Virus record (IMG/VR): IMGVR_UViG_3300014205_000170
Location: 192,001-256,000 of that record
Direction: 5' to 3' (one strand)
Length of the DNA: 64,000 nucleotides
DNA from: a virus
Lineage: Duplodnaviria; Caudoviricetes
In this document: piece by piece, positions 1 through 9,390 of the stretch
Position numbering within the stretch: position 1 is the stretch's first letter
Layout: the number at the start of each line of letters is the position of its first letter
Notes under the pieces: model-generated
The model's database searches: none
The model's input: only the letters and a program-made list of their open reading frames with translations
Told to the model about the DNA's origin: nothing
Made by a program: the position numbers and the translations under genes

Positions 1-43
1 TTTGTTCGTCAGAATTATTTTTATCTATTTTTTTTGCCATTAA

Positions 44-286
44 TTATTTTTTATTTTCAGAAGCATCATGTATCATGTTTAAATCAATCTTTAAAGTATC
101 ATATCTCATTGAAATTAAACTATCATTTTTTTTGTAATATTTTTTTACTTCAAAAACGCGATATTTATAATTCCATTTATCAATCCAGGAATTTACAATA
201 ATAGATTTTTCATATGTTTTACATGCTGGTAAAACAAATGTAATTATTAAAAGTATACAAATACGTTTATGAAACAATTGATTCAT
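44..286 (-). CDS. small putative lipoprotein
   Basis: Basic N-terminus, hydrophobic stretch ILLIITFV and lipobox-like LPAC; overlaps the proS stop. Confidence 0.4.
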   Translation of the reverse strand: MNQLFHKRICILLIITFVLPACKTYEKSIIVNSWIDKWNYKYRVFEVKKYYKKNDSLISMRYDTLKIDLNMIHDASENKK

Positions 287-1388
287 TTATTTTTATTTGC
301 GCCCAAGATTCGTTAGATTTATCTTTCATTTCGTAATAGCCATGAAGAATGTTTTTTCCAATCAAATATTTATTACAAACACCAATAATGTCGGCCTCAT
401 TTAATTTTTCTCCAATTCTATTGTTTCTATCATCTAAATAAACACGTACTCCCCTTTGTTTTTGTTCTAAATACAAATTCAATGCAAAATTTAACTGCAC
501 TTCACTTTTAATATCTGCAACAATAATAACAGAATCATATGGTGTAATATCTGGACTCCAATTTAAACAATTTTCAATTCGACCGGCATCAGCCAAAACT
601 TGGGCCAATCGCGATATACCTATACCATAACAACCCATTACAATATCTTGTTTTTGATTATTAGTATCAACATATTTAGCTTTAAGTTGAGAAGAATATT
701 TGGTATCCAATTGAAATATATGTCCAATCTCAATTTCTCCATCACTTGTTTCAACAACAAATTCTTCAGATAATGAACCTCCAATCTCACCAGAATCAGC
801 AGATACTATTTTGTATTTCAATTGAAGTGTGTCAAAAATTGCAATATAGCAATTACGTACTTCATTATATCTTGCTTGTAAATCTTCTTTTGTAGTATGA
901 AAAGAATAAGCATCCATCATTGAAAACTCTTTACATCTGATTAAACCGGTATTACAACGAATTTCATCTCTGAATTTATTATTGATTTGATAAAATGTGA
1001 AAGGTAAATCTTTATGAGATTCTACATATGTTTTTGCAATAGTAGTTACCAACTCTTCATTGGTTCCGGTAAAAACCATTTCTTTATCAGAGCGGTCCTG
1101 TAATTTGAACATTTCAGCTCCATACGTCTCATATCTTCCTGTTTCTTTCCAAATATCGGCGCTTTGCAATTGATTCAAGCCTATTTCCATGCAATCTATT
1201 GCATTCAAATGTTGTTTCACTACTTGTTCAACATTATTTAATACCAAACGCATTAAATGCATTTGTACAAACAACCCTGATTGAACTTGTTTGATATAAC
1301 CAGACTTTTCTAAAAGTTCTGTGGTTGTTAATTTGATATTTTTATCAAATTTTTGTAAATTATACAATTTTGTTTTTGAGAGTTTCAT
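267..1388 (-). CDS. proS: prolyl-tRNA synthetase, short form without INS editing domain
   Basis: Class IIa motifs QINNKFRDEIR..GLIRCKEF, MDAYSFH, EIGHIFQL, GCYGIGISR; C-terminal anticodon domain YLDDR..IGEKLNEADIIG. Confidence 0.93.
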   Translation of the reverse strand: MKLSKTKLYNLQKFDKNIKLTTTELLEKSGYIKQVQSGLFVQMHLMRLVLNNVEQVVKQHLNAIDCMEIGLNQLQSADIWKETGRYETYGAEMFKLQDRSDKEMVFTGTNEELVTTIAKTYVESHKDLPFTFYQINNKFRDEIRCNTGLIRCKEFSMMDAYSFHTTKEDLQARYNEVRNCYIAIFDTLQLKYKIVSADSGEIGGSLSEEFVVETSDGEIEIGHIFQLDTKYSSQLKAKYVDTNNQKQDIVMGCYGIGISRLAQVLADAGRIENCLNWSPDITPYDSVIIVADIKSEVQLNFALNLYLEQKQRGVRVYLDDRNNRIGEKLNEADIIGVCNKYLIGKNILHGYYEMKDKSNESWAQIKINESIVS

Positions 1389-1657
1389 ATTATTTCATCT
1401 AAAAATATATTTTTTCTTTTCTTTTCTACAAGTACGTATCGTCCTGATGGGAACCAAAAATCTGTACTATCTCGATATAATTTATTATAAGTGTTTTGTG
1501 TTAAAAGCTCAAGCGATTGATATAAAAAACAATCATGTAAACTACCTCCTCCATAAAAAGAATCTCGTTGTAAAATATAACCTCCAAAATAGTAAGGTAA
1601 TCCTTGCTCTACATGAATGAGAACATCACCAAATTGAAATGTCGGTTTTCTACTCAT
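1385..1657 (-). CDS. small hypothetical protein with GD-type N-terminus and LxEK tag
   Basis: FQFGDVLI near the start, RYVLVEK near the end; ATGA-coupled to proS. Confidence 0.6.
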   Translation of the reverse strand: MSRKPTFQFGDVLIHVEQGLPYYFGGYILQRDSFYGGGSLHDCFLYQSLELLTQNTYNKLYRDSTDFWFPSGRYVLVEKKRKNIFLDEII

Positions 1658-1904
1658 TTGAGTTTGAAGAAATACATAAAAAATCCATTAAACTTTGAAC
1701 TTCCTCTCTTTTAAACAATTCTCGTTGAATGGTGTAAGACGATTTGCCATCTGTCAACCACCAGCGATTGTTATCTTGAGTATGTCGTATTTCAATTAAA
1801 GAATTATGCTTCTTGCCATCAATCCTATAATGAGCAGCGCCTAAGTCATTTCCCAATTCTTTAAAGCCTTTTAATTTTAAGTATTCTACTGTTATACTTT
1901 CCAT
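1650..1904 (-). CDS. hypothetical protein
   Basis: 84-aa ORF packed between ileS and the next gene. Confidence 0.55.
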   Translation of the reverse strand: MESITVEYLKLKGFKELGNDLGAAHYRIDGKKHNSLIEIRHTQDNNRWWLTDGKSSYTIQRELFKREEVQSLMDFLCISSNSNE

Positions 1905-1905
1905 A

Positions 1906-3873
1906 TCATTTTTTGTTATTTAATACATTTTTGATTTCCATTGAAAGGAATGGTAAAAACGAAAACAACATTTTTTGTAATTCACTTGCTAAAAAGTAAA
2001 ATTCATTTTCCAACGCTATTCTAAAATCATCGTTTATGTCAGATTCGTAAAATTTATTTTTTATATCCTCAGTTAAATATGAAGAATAGCTATTAGTAAA
2101 ATTCACAAAATTTCTTATCGCTTTATTAAGTTCAAAAGCATCTACATCTTTTTGTATTACTTCCTTTACATCTTTAAGTTGTTTTTGCAAATCTTCGCGC
2201 ACATTCAAAACATCATGTTGTTCTCTATGTAAATTATTTACTAGATAACGAACAAAGTTTCTTATTCTAAAATATTGTTTCCCAGCGCTATTCATAGATT
2301 CTTCAGAAAAAACCACATCGCTTTTATAATCTGAGAGCAACACCCATAATCTCATTACATCTGGATTATAAGCTTGATACATTTGTTCTAAAGGTGAATA
2401 GTTTTCCATGGACTTTGCAAATTTTTCACCAAGTTCATTTACGACAAATCCATGTGTCAATATTCTTTTTGTTGGCAATGTATCAACCATAGCAGCTATA
2501 ATGATAGATGTTTGAAACCACCCACGATGTTGGTCTATACCTTCTATGTATAGGTCTGCCGGTCCTTCATTCATTGAAAATACCGTTCCTGAGTCAAACC
2601 AAACATCCAAGATGTCATTGCTATCAGGTATGGTAACGCCCCACTTACGTTGTCTTGATAAGCACCAATCTTTTCGAGAAAACAACATGCTTTCAAGACG
2701 AGTTCTGTCTTTCTTAGAAAGCTTTATTTGTTTTACTGTTTGCTTTATTTTTGTCCAATCAAAATCCAGATATGTTTGTTCTGTAAGAACTTTATAAACT
2801 TTTTCTTTCAATCTCCAATCGATAGGATAAGAATGTGTTAATGGAACACGTTTGTAAACATATTGTTCATCTACTTTAAAAGAATCTATATGTTCTAGCA
2901 ACATTGCAACATCTTCTACAACATTCTTTGGTTCTACTCCATTTTTTACTAAGACATTATAATCCTCATCACCATGTCCTCCTGAAAGATGAACTATTCC
3001 AGTTTCAGAATCAGTTACAAACTCATCAAATAAAACCGGACATTGTTCTCCTTTATGATTTGTATAATGTGTATATTTATTATAATCAACTAAAAAATAT
3101 TTTATTTCATTTTGTATTGCAAATTTCTCACTACAAAACATTCTCAACTGTGCTTTATTTTGGTCAGTTGGATTTGAATATGTTATGCAATATTGTATTG
3201 TAGGATTTAAACAGATAGCTTGATTACCAGATACAGTCCATTCAGTTGTTGTCCACACTAAAAAAGACACATCATTATCAGCTTTCAATTTGAAATACAA
3301 AGACTCTTCAGTTATGTCTTTATATTCTATTTCAGAATTTGCTAATACTGTTTTAAGTTTTGGAGAATACCAAGTAGGTTTATTCTTTTTGAAAATAAAA
3401 CCATTTGCTTTTAAATGATTAAATATGTTTAATTCCCGTTCAACAAAATCATCAGTTAAAGTCAAATAATCATCTTGTGTTGGAAATATTCCAAACAATG
3501 ACAAAGTTTGCTTTTGCTTATCCCTATAAGAGAGTGCTATTTTCTTACAATTTTCAAACAAGTCTCCTTCATTTTGTTTTGCCTTATTTTCTATTGGTAA
3601 CCCATGGCAATCCCACCCAAATCGAACATTGACTTTATATCCATTTGTTAATAGAAATTTTATATAAAAATCTTTGAGGGTTTTATTTAAAAAATGACCT
3701 ATGTGCAAATCTCCATTCGCATATGGTGGTCCATCTTGCAAAAGAAATATTTCAGAATTATTGTTATGTAATTCATTAACACAAGAGTGTATATCCAAGC
3801 AAAATGAAGGCAACAACTCCCTGTTGAGTTTTTGCTCCATATTTGTTTTTGGTAATAAAACTGTCTTGCTCAT
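1906..3873 (-). CDS. ileS: isoleucyl-tRNA synthetase, miniaturised
   Basis: DGPPYANGDLHIGH, GWDCHGLPIE, WTTTEWT, WCLSRQRKWG, DILDVWFDSG, EGIDQHRGWFQ; KMSKS-equivalent is KFAKS. Confidence 0.93.
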   Translation of the reverse strand: MSKTVLLPKTNMEQKLNRELLPSFCLDIHSCVNELHNNNSEIFLLQDGPPYANGDLHIGHFLNKTLKDFYIKFLLTNGYKVNVRFGWDCHGLPIENKAKQNEGDLFENCKKIALSYRDKQKQTLSLFGIFPTQDDYLTLTDDFVERELNIFNHLKANGFIFKKNKPTWYSPKLKTVLANSEIEYKDITEESLYFKLKADNDVSFLVWTTTEWTVSGNQAICLNPTIQYCITYSNPTDQNKAQLRMFCSEKFAIQNEIKYFLVDYNKYTHYTNHKGEQCPVLFDEFVTDSETGIVHLSGGHGDEDYNVLVKNGVEPKNVVEDVAMLLEHIDSFKVDEQYVYKRVPLTHSYPIDWRLKEKVYKVLTEQTYLDFDWTKIKQTVKQIKLSKKDRTRLESMLFSRKDWCLSRQRKWGVTIPDSNDILDVWFDSGTVFSMNEGPADLYIEGIDQHRGWFQTSIIIAAMVDTLPTKRILTHGFVVNELGEKFAKSMENYSPLEQMYQAYNPDVMRLWVLLSDYKSDVVFSEESMNSAGKQYFRIRNFVRYLVNNLHREQHDVLNVREDLQKQLKDVKEVIQKDVDAFELNKAIRNFVNFTNSYSSYLTEDIKNKFYESDINDDFRIALENEFYFLASELQKMLFSFLPFLSMEIKNVLNNKK

Positions 3874-4145
3874 ACTTTCTTCTTTTTTAAAGCTTTTCGT
3901 ATTAATTCACTTGCTTGTGATTTAGTAGGATTTCTAGCATTTGTAGATGGTATTGGATTAAAATTTGTTATTAGTTCATCGTTTTCATAAACACTAGCTT
4001 GTAGCTCTTCTGAATTCCAAGAATCACTTTTATTATTGTTTTTCTCAATGCAAACTTCACGACTTGTTGTGTTGCCATAATGATATTCAACTTTATAATT
4101 TTTTCCTTTGAATGAAAAATATATAACTGTTTTTTCGTGTTTCAT
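3870..4145 (-). CDS. hypothetical protein
   Basis: ATGA-coupled on both sides; weak tag match REVCIEK. Confidence 0.6.
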   Translation of the reverse strand: MKHEKTVIYFSFKGKNYKVEYHYGNTTSREVCIEKNNNKSDSWNSEELQASVYENDELITNFNPIPSTNARNPTKSQASELIRKALKKKKV

Positions 4146-5683
4146 TTTTTAACGTTTGTTTTATCTAAAAGGTTCCTTATTCTCCTAAAAGACTCATTTT
4201 TACCTAATATTTCCATTGTAGTGGGCAAATCAGGCCCTGGAATACCGCCAGTAAGCGCCATTCTGAGGTCTGGGAGGACTTTACCTATCTTTATGGCTAA
4301 CGTTTCGCAAAAAGCCTCCAAATCACTCTGTATGAAATCGGCGGTCCAATCTGATTCCTTATAGGAACTAACCAAAACAGCTTTCATAATCAAAGTAAAT
4401 TCAGTTGGATTTTTTAATGAAATTTCATCTTTTAAAACAACCGGTTCAAAAAAATAGGATACGAACTTATACAATTCTTTACTAAAGACAGCACGTTCTT
4501 TTGCAAAACCAACTATCTTAGTTTTTTGATTATCATTGTAAATATAATTTTGATATTCTTCTGAAACATTTGGTTCAATGTATTGTTTAAACAACAACAT
4601 ATCATTTCTGTTTCTTAAGTAATGAGCATTAAAGTTTTTTAATTTTTCAATATCAAATTTTGCGCCGGAAGTGTTTATTCTTTCCAAACTAAACAAAGAA
4701 ATCATTTCATCTACTGACATAAACTCTTCGTTGTTTCCAGGATTCCATCCTAGTAAGGCCAAGAAATTAATCAAAGCATCCGCCTCAAATCCTTCATCTT
4801 TAAAACCTATTATATGAACAGCTTCACCTTTTTCATTGTGATAATCCCAAGTAATTGGAAAAATAGGAAAGTTATATTTCGCAGCATGGCGCTTAGAAAG
4901 CTTTTTTCCGTCAGGACCAAGAACTAATGGCAAATGACAAAATTCAGGAGCTTCCCAATCGAAAGCTTCATAGAGCATAATATGAAGTGGTGCAGATGGC
5001 AACCATTCATCAGCGCGAATTACATGAGTAATTTCCATCAAATAATCATCCACCACATTTGCTAAGTGATATGTAGGTAATCCATCAGATTTAAATAAAA
5101 CTTTATCATCAAGAGTGTTGGAATTTACAACAATATTTCCTTTTACAGAATCTGTAAATTTAATTTCTTTATCTCTCGGAGTGTTAAAGCGTATAACATA
5201 CGGTTTTCCGGAATCGATTAATTCTTTAACCACAACTGCTGAAAGTGTGTAAGAATTTTTCATCTTTTCTCTGCTTAGATAATTATAACCTAAATTATCA
5301 GCTCCAGATACTTTTAGTTCTTCTCTTAATTTTTCTAATTCTTCTGAAGAATCAAAAGCATAATATGCATGTCCTTTTGAAATTAATATGTCAATATATG
5401 TTTTGTATTCTCTTTGACTTTGTTTGTATTTTACTGTACCATCTGTATTAAAACTATTATCCGGTGTGATACCTAACCAATTCAAAGAATCAATAATGTA
5501 TTTTTCTGCCCCTTCAACAAAACGTGTTTGGTCAGTATCTTCAATACGTAAAAGAAATTCACCATCATGCTTTTTGGCAAAAAGATAATTAAATAAGGCG
5601 GTGCGAACTCCACCGATATGTAAACCACCAGTAGGACTTGGAGCAAATCTTACACGAACTTTTTTATTTTTTAAATCACTCAT
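4142..5683 (-). CDS. gltX: glutamyl-tRNA synthetase
   Basis: VRVRFAPSPTGGLHIGG, RIEDTD, PTYHLANVVDD, KLSKR, C-terminal LRMALTG..GP; ~510 aa as in Bacteroidota GluRS. Confidence 0.96.
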   Translation of the reverse strand: MSDLKNKKVRVRFAPSPTGGLHIGGVRTALFNYLFAKKHDGEFLLRIEDTDQTRFVEGAEKYIIDSLNWLGITPDNSFNTDGTVKYKQSQREYKTYIDILISKGHAYYAFDSSEELEKLREELKVSGADNLGYNYLSREKMKNSYTLSAVVVKELIDSGKPYVIRFNTPRDKEIKFTDSVKGNIVVNSNTLDDKVLFKSDGLPTYHLANVVDDYLMEITHVIRADEWLPSAPLHIMLYEAFDWEAPEFCHLPLVLGPDGKKLSKRHAAKYNFPIFPITWDYHNEKGEAVHIIGFKDEGFEADALINFLALLGWNPGNNEEFMSVDEMISLFSLERINTSGAKFDIEKLKNFNAHYLRNRNDMLLFKQYIEPNVSEEYQNYIYNDNQKTKIVGFAKERAVFSKELYKFVSYFFEPVVLKDEISLKNPTEFTLIMKAVLVSSYKESDWTADFIQSDLEAFCETLAIKIGKVLPDLRMALTGGIPGPDLPTTMEILGKNESFRRIRNLLDKTNVKK

Positions 5684-5685
5684 AA

Positions 5686-6237
5686 TTATTTTTCAATCTC
5701 TATCTTATATATTTTACTTCCCCAATAATTAAAGAAAGAAGTGCTGATAATCTTTGGATATTTTACAACATCTCCATTTTTGGCAGTTGAAAGGTATTCT
5801 AAAAAACTTCCTGAACATAAACCATCAAATTCTTCAAATGGATTTATAAAATAATTTCCTTTATCATTTTCATTGGTCATTGGAGAAAAAGTTATTTTAA
5901 TATTCTTGTTTTGTGTTTGAGGTAAAATACTAATTTTTTCAGGGAATACCTTTAAAAAATAATATTCATCTCTTTGAATTTTTTCCAAAGTTCTCTTTTC
6001 ATCAGGATGGACATTTGCTATAATACAAATAGTAGATTTCTCGGCAAAACCATATTTATCTTTCAAAATTTTATGAAGTTCATGACCAGCTTTTGCATCA
6101 GTATCATGTCCAGAATAATATTCTTTTAAAAGAATAACAGAAAAATTTACAGCTTCATTTACGAAGCAAACTCCATCTTCTGTTTCAGCCACCATTTGAT
6201 ATCCTTGGTTGATAATTTGTTGTTTATATTCTTCCAT
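5686..6237 (-). CDS. hypothetical protein
   Basis: ORF; ATG at 6237 preferred because it lies just downstream of a promoter motif. Confidence 0.55.
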   Translation of the reverse strand: MEEYKQQIINQGYQMVAETEDGVCFVNEAVNFSVILLKEYYSGHDTDAKAGHELHKILKDKYGFAEKSTICIIANVHPDEKRTLEKIQRDEYYFLKVFPEKISILPQTQNKNIKITFSPMTNENDKGNYFINPFEEFDGLCSGSFLEYLSTAKNGDVVKYPKIISTSFFNYWGSKIYKIEIEK

Positions 6238-6242
6238 AATTG

Positions 6243-6271
6243 TTAAACGCAAATTTAACAAAAAAGTTCAA
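6243..6271 (-). promoter_or_regulatory. ECF-type promoter motif TTGAAC-N16-CGTTTAA
   Basis: One of seven exactly spaced copies upstream of genes; overlaps a TAAATTTG element. Confidence 0.7.
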
Positions 6272-6282
6272 ATAAACCCAAT

Positions 6283-6315
6283 AAAAAAGGAGGACCAAAA
6301 TTTAGCCCTCCTTTT
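6283..6315 (-). terminator. intrinsic terminator
   Basis: AAAAGGAGG / CCTCCTTTTTT stem with U tail, just after the 6337..7320 stop. Confidence 0.75.
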
Positions 6316-6336
6316 AGAAAATAGATAAAATGATTT

Positions 6337-7320
6337 TTATTTTTTAACCACTTTTTTAGAGTTCTTCTTTTTTGTCCTATCATGTTCTGCTCTGGAAAAC
6401 TTTGTGTATTCCGGCATTATTTGATTAAAGAAAGTTTGCTCATCTGATGGTAATACATTAGATATTGCTTTACCCTCGGCTGTTGATACTCTAAGGGCTT
6501 TTTTAGCATGCTCTACGATGAATTTAGCTACTCTATCGTAATCTCCATCCATTTCACCTAAAAACATCTTGTAAACGCTTCTTCTTGTGTATGACTTTGT
6601 TACGCAGTCCAAAAGACAAGTACCACCATATGGTTTAGTGATTGCAGATAACTTTTTTTCTGCCTCAATACGTTCTTTGTTACCAAAATTTACATTCCTG
6701 TAACGATATGCTGCAATTTGCATTGGTGTTGTGCCTCCAACAAAGATATGCATAGCATCTTCATTTTTAAGCTTAATACCGGTTGCTGGACTTCTGAATT
6801 TTAAAGCCTTATGCATAGCTTGGTATAAACCATTTTTTACACCCTTTTTTGTTTCGATTGCATATCCAGACATCAAATAATCATTGTTCTGCCAATTGTG
6901 AGAACAATCATTTGCGTCGATAATTAAATCGCGAATATTTTCAATTGTATCTTCCTTAAGTTCTTTGATGATGAAATTAAAACCAAAACCACCTTTAATT
7001 TCATTATCCAATTGTTCAGCAGATGTGAAACGGTGTTGTCCATCCAAAATGAACATTTTATAAGAACCATCCTTAGAAAAAGCGCGAGTTCTGATTACGT
7101 CAATAATGGTTGTAAAACCATTTTTAATCATTTTCAGTTTTAATTTCGCCACATTGGGTCTTGAAATTTTTCTGTTCAACCCATCAAGTGGAATAATACG
7201 AATCTTTTTGTAATCTCGGCTATTCATCACAATATCTCCATCTTTTTGAGGCTTAAATGGATTTTGTAATGTTACTTGTGCTGGTTTAGAATTTACCAAG
7301 GTTTTCTTTTTGTTTTGCAT
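6337..7320 (-). CDS. ParB/Srx-like N-terminal domain protein
   Basis: NRKIS..NV..L and ILDGQHR motifs. Confidence 0.6.
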   Translation of the reverse strand: MQNKKKTLVNSKPAQVTLQNPFKPQKDGDIVMNSRDYKKIRIIPLDGLNRKISRPNVAKLKLKMIKNGFTTIIDVIRTRAFSKDGSYKMFILDGQHRFTSAEQLDNEIKGGFGFNFIIKELKEDTIENIRDLIIDANDCSHNWQNNDYLMSGYAIETKKGVKNGLYQAMHKALKFRSPATGIKLKNEDAMHIFVGGTTPMQIAAYRYRNVNFGNKERIEAEKKLSAITKPYGGTCLLDCVTKSYTRRSVYKMFLGEMDGDYDRVAKFIVEHAKKALRVSTAEGKAISNVLPSDEQTFFNQIMPEYTKFSRAEHDRTKKKNSKKVVKK

Positions 7321-7356
7321 AATAGTAATTTAAGTTAATAATAACGTTAGGAATTA

Positions 7357-7385
7357 TTAAACGAAAAAGTCATAAAAATGTTACA
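7357..7385 (-). promoter_or_regulatory. ECF-type promoter motif TGTAAC-N16-CGTTTAA
   Basis: Exact-spacing copy upstream of 7320. Confidence 0.72.
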
Positions 7386-7593
7386 AAATATTATTTTGTG
7401 GTCTACTTAATCCAAACATAAAAGCACTTTCTGCATTTTTAAATTCAATGACATACTTGACACAATCAACACCACTTGTTTTGTTTATTGACAAAACCAA
7501 TTGATTGTTTTTTAATTTTTCTAGAGTTTTATCCACATCTAAAACAAAATCAGTTCCATAACTTACTTCTATTTTGTTGTTGAACTTATCCAT
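7381..7593 (-). CDS. hypothetical protein
   Basis: 70-aa ORF in operon context. Confidence 0.5.
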   Translation of the reverse strand: MDKFNNKIEVSYGTDFVLDVDKTLEKLKNNQLVLSINKTSGVDCVKYVIEFKNAESAFMFGLSRPQNNIL

Positions 7594-7597
7594 TTAA

Positions 7598-8506
7598 TTA
7601 CTTTGTTCTTCTGATAATTACAGTTATCATATCCATAGTATCTTTATAAGATTCTTTGTGTATAATTGAATATTTTCCTCGGCCTACGGTTTGAATAAGT
7701 TTATTTAACTCACTTAATGTATTATAACCTTTGATTGATACTCTTGTAGAAAGAGTAACCATTATAATTCCACCTTTTTTCAAGATGTCTTTTTGAATTG
7801 CTAATTTTATATCATCTTTATAACTGTTAAGTGTTCCGCAATAGTCTAATAAAAGATGAGCAAATTTATCCTTCTCAGAAAGGTCAATGATTTTACCAAT
7901 TTCTCCGGCAAAAACATACTTTATGAATTTTAAATTATGTTTAGTTCTTTCTTCAAATAAATTTTTTAAAGTTTCCTTATCGTTTTCACATGTCAAAAAA
8001 GTAAAGTTCGGGAATTCTTTATTAATTTTCTTTTCCATCAAACATTGCCATGAACTCAATGTTAATATCAATCCATCTACAATTTTAAATTTCTTATAGG
8101 ATTCAAGGATTTTATAAAGAACATTTTCTCTTACACTTTGCTTTCTGATACCTTTATTAAAATCAAGTTGTTTAGTTACTTTTTCAGGAATTTCAACTCT
8201 TTGAGTATTTGTTTGCTGTAAAGTTGAATTATTTTTTATAACCATTTCAAGTTCATCAACAACCATCGTAATAATTGATTTTAATGTAGGTATTCCCTTC
8301 GATGTGGTTTTTCTTTTTCTTGCAACTGCTGTTAATACGTTTTGATATGAATAACCGTTTGCTAACAGTTCACCAATTTCTTTTTTTGTTGGCGACAATT
8401 GTGAAATATATAATTTCACTTCGCTTGCAATAGCAGCATTAACGTTTTTAAAAAGATTTTTAACTCTAGAATCTGGGTCTACCTTCGAAACTTGTTTAGT
8501 TATCAT
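7598..8506 (-). CDS. hypothetical protein, possible Rossmann methyltransferase-like C-terminal domain
   Basis: FLTCEND, LLLDYCG and LKKGGIIMVTL pattern resembles the class I MTase strand order. Confidence 0.35.
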   Translation of the reverse strand: MITKQVSKVDPDSRVKNLFKNVNAAIASEVKLYISQLSPTKKEIGELLANGYSYQNVLTAVARKRKTTSKGIPTLKSIITMVVDELEMVIKNNSTLQQTNTQRVEIPEKVTKQLDFNKGIRKQSVRENVLYKILESYKKFKIVDGLILTLSSWQCLMEKKINKEFPNFTFLTCENDKETLKNLFEERTKHNLKFIKYVFAGEIGKIIDLSEKDKFAHLLLDYCGTLNSYKDDIKLAIQKDILKKGGIIMVTLSTRVSIKGYNTLSELNKLIQTVGRGKYSIIHKESYKDTMDMITVIIRRTK

Positions 8507-8520
8507 TTTGAGAATTTTTA

Positions 8521-8528
8521 CAAATATA
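8521..8528 (-). promoter_or_regulatory. Bacteroidota-type -7 element TATATTTG
   Basis: Matches TAnnTTTG 14 nt upstream of the 8506 start. Confidence 0.5.
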
Positions 8529-8546
8529 ATACAATTATTTGACTTT

Positions 8547-8900
8547 TTAATTATTTTTATGTCTTTTTGAGCGTTCCCGCAAATCTTCTATGGTCCAAAA
8601 TCTTTCTGTATCATAATCAGCATTGTTTTTGTTGCATTTTTGACACAAAATAATTATTCTAATTTCATTATTGAAACATGGGGTTTTTCTTAAAGGATTC
8701 ATTTTACTATATTTATGTTCTAATGTACATAAATTATCTGGGTTGTATTTTAAAGTTTTTTTACCATTATTAGGGTGTACGTTGAATCCAATTTCTTCCG
8801 GCAATATCATTTTCGTTTTACATTTGGGACAAAATGGATTTTGATTATAAAGCCTTGTGCGTTTCTCTTTTAATCTTTGTTGTTTAGATTTTTTAGACAT
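8547..8900 (-). CDS. HNH endonuclease-like protein
   Basis: CPKC ... TLEH ... LCQKCN zinc/HNH pattern. Confidence 0.65.
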   Translation of the reverse strand: MSKKSKQQRLKEKRTRLYNQNPFCPKCKTKMILPEEIGFNVHPNNGKKTLKYNPDNLCTLEHKYSKMNPLRKTPCFNNEIRIIILCQKCNKNNADYDTERFWTIEDLRERSKRHKNN

Positions 8901-9115
8901 TTCTCTATTAATATTTTTTTTGTATAAATTTTATGTTTCCAATTATATAAAACCTTTTTACCATCTACTAGCCGCCATTTTCCGGCCTCCTCATCATATT
9001 TATTCCACACAACAAAAAATTCTCCATTATACAAATTAAACACAACCTCTCTTACAATTTGTAATTCTTCAAGGTGATTGTGAAAAAAAATTATTTCTCT
9101 TGGAGTAGGGTTCAA
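8870..9115 (-). CDS. small hypothetical protein with LxEK tag
   Basis: KKILIEK; shares NHLxE and W.YDE with the neighbouring ORF. Confidence 0.55.
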   Translation of the reverse strand: MNPTPREIIFFHNHLEELQIVREVVFNLYNGEFFVVWNKYDEEAGKWRLVDGKKVLYNWKHKIYTKKILIEKCLKNLNNKD

Positions 9116-9390
9116 AATTTATATTTTATTGTTTTTTCTAAAATTACACTTTTTACATACACAAACACATCTGCCCACTCCTTCATAAACCGGTCACGAT
9201 TTATCAAATTCCATTTAGAATAAGTTTCATCATATAAATACCACAACTCTTTTTTTTCATTCAAATGATTAACAATAATTGTTCTTCTTATGTTTAAAAC
9301 AGTATAGTCAACATTTGTAATTAAAAAAAACTTATCCTCGTTTAATCTAGGAGCTCTTTTTGGATTTCTTCCCATAATTCTACTGTCCAC
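9112..9390 (-). CDS. small hypothetical protein with LxEK tag
   Basis: KSVILEK near the C-terminus; true start may be ~9375. Confidence 0.55.
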   Translation of the reverse strand: MDSRIMGRNPKRAPRLNEDKFFLITNVDYTVLNIRRTIIVNHLNEKKELWYLYDETYSKWNLINRDRFMKEWADVFVYVKSVILEKTIKYKF

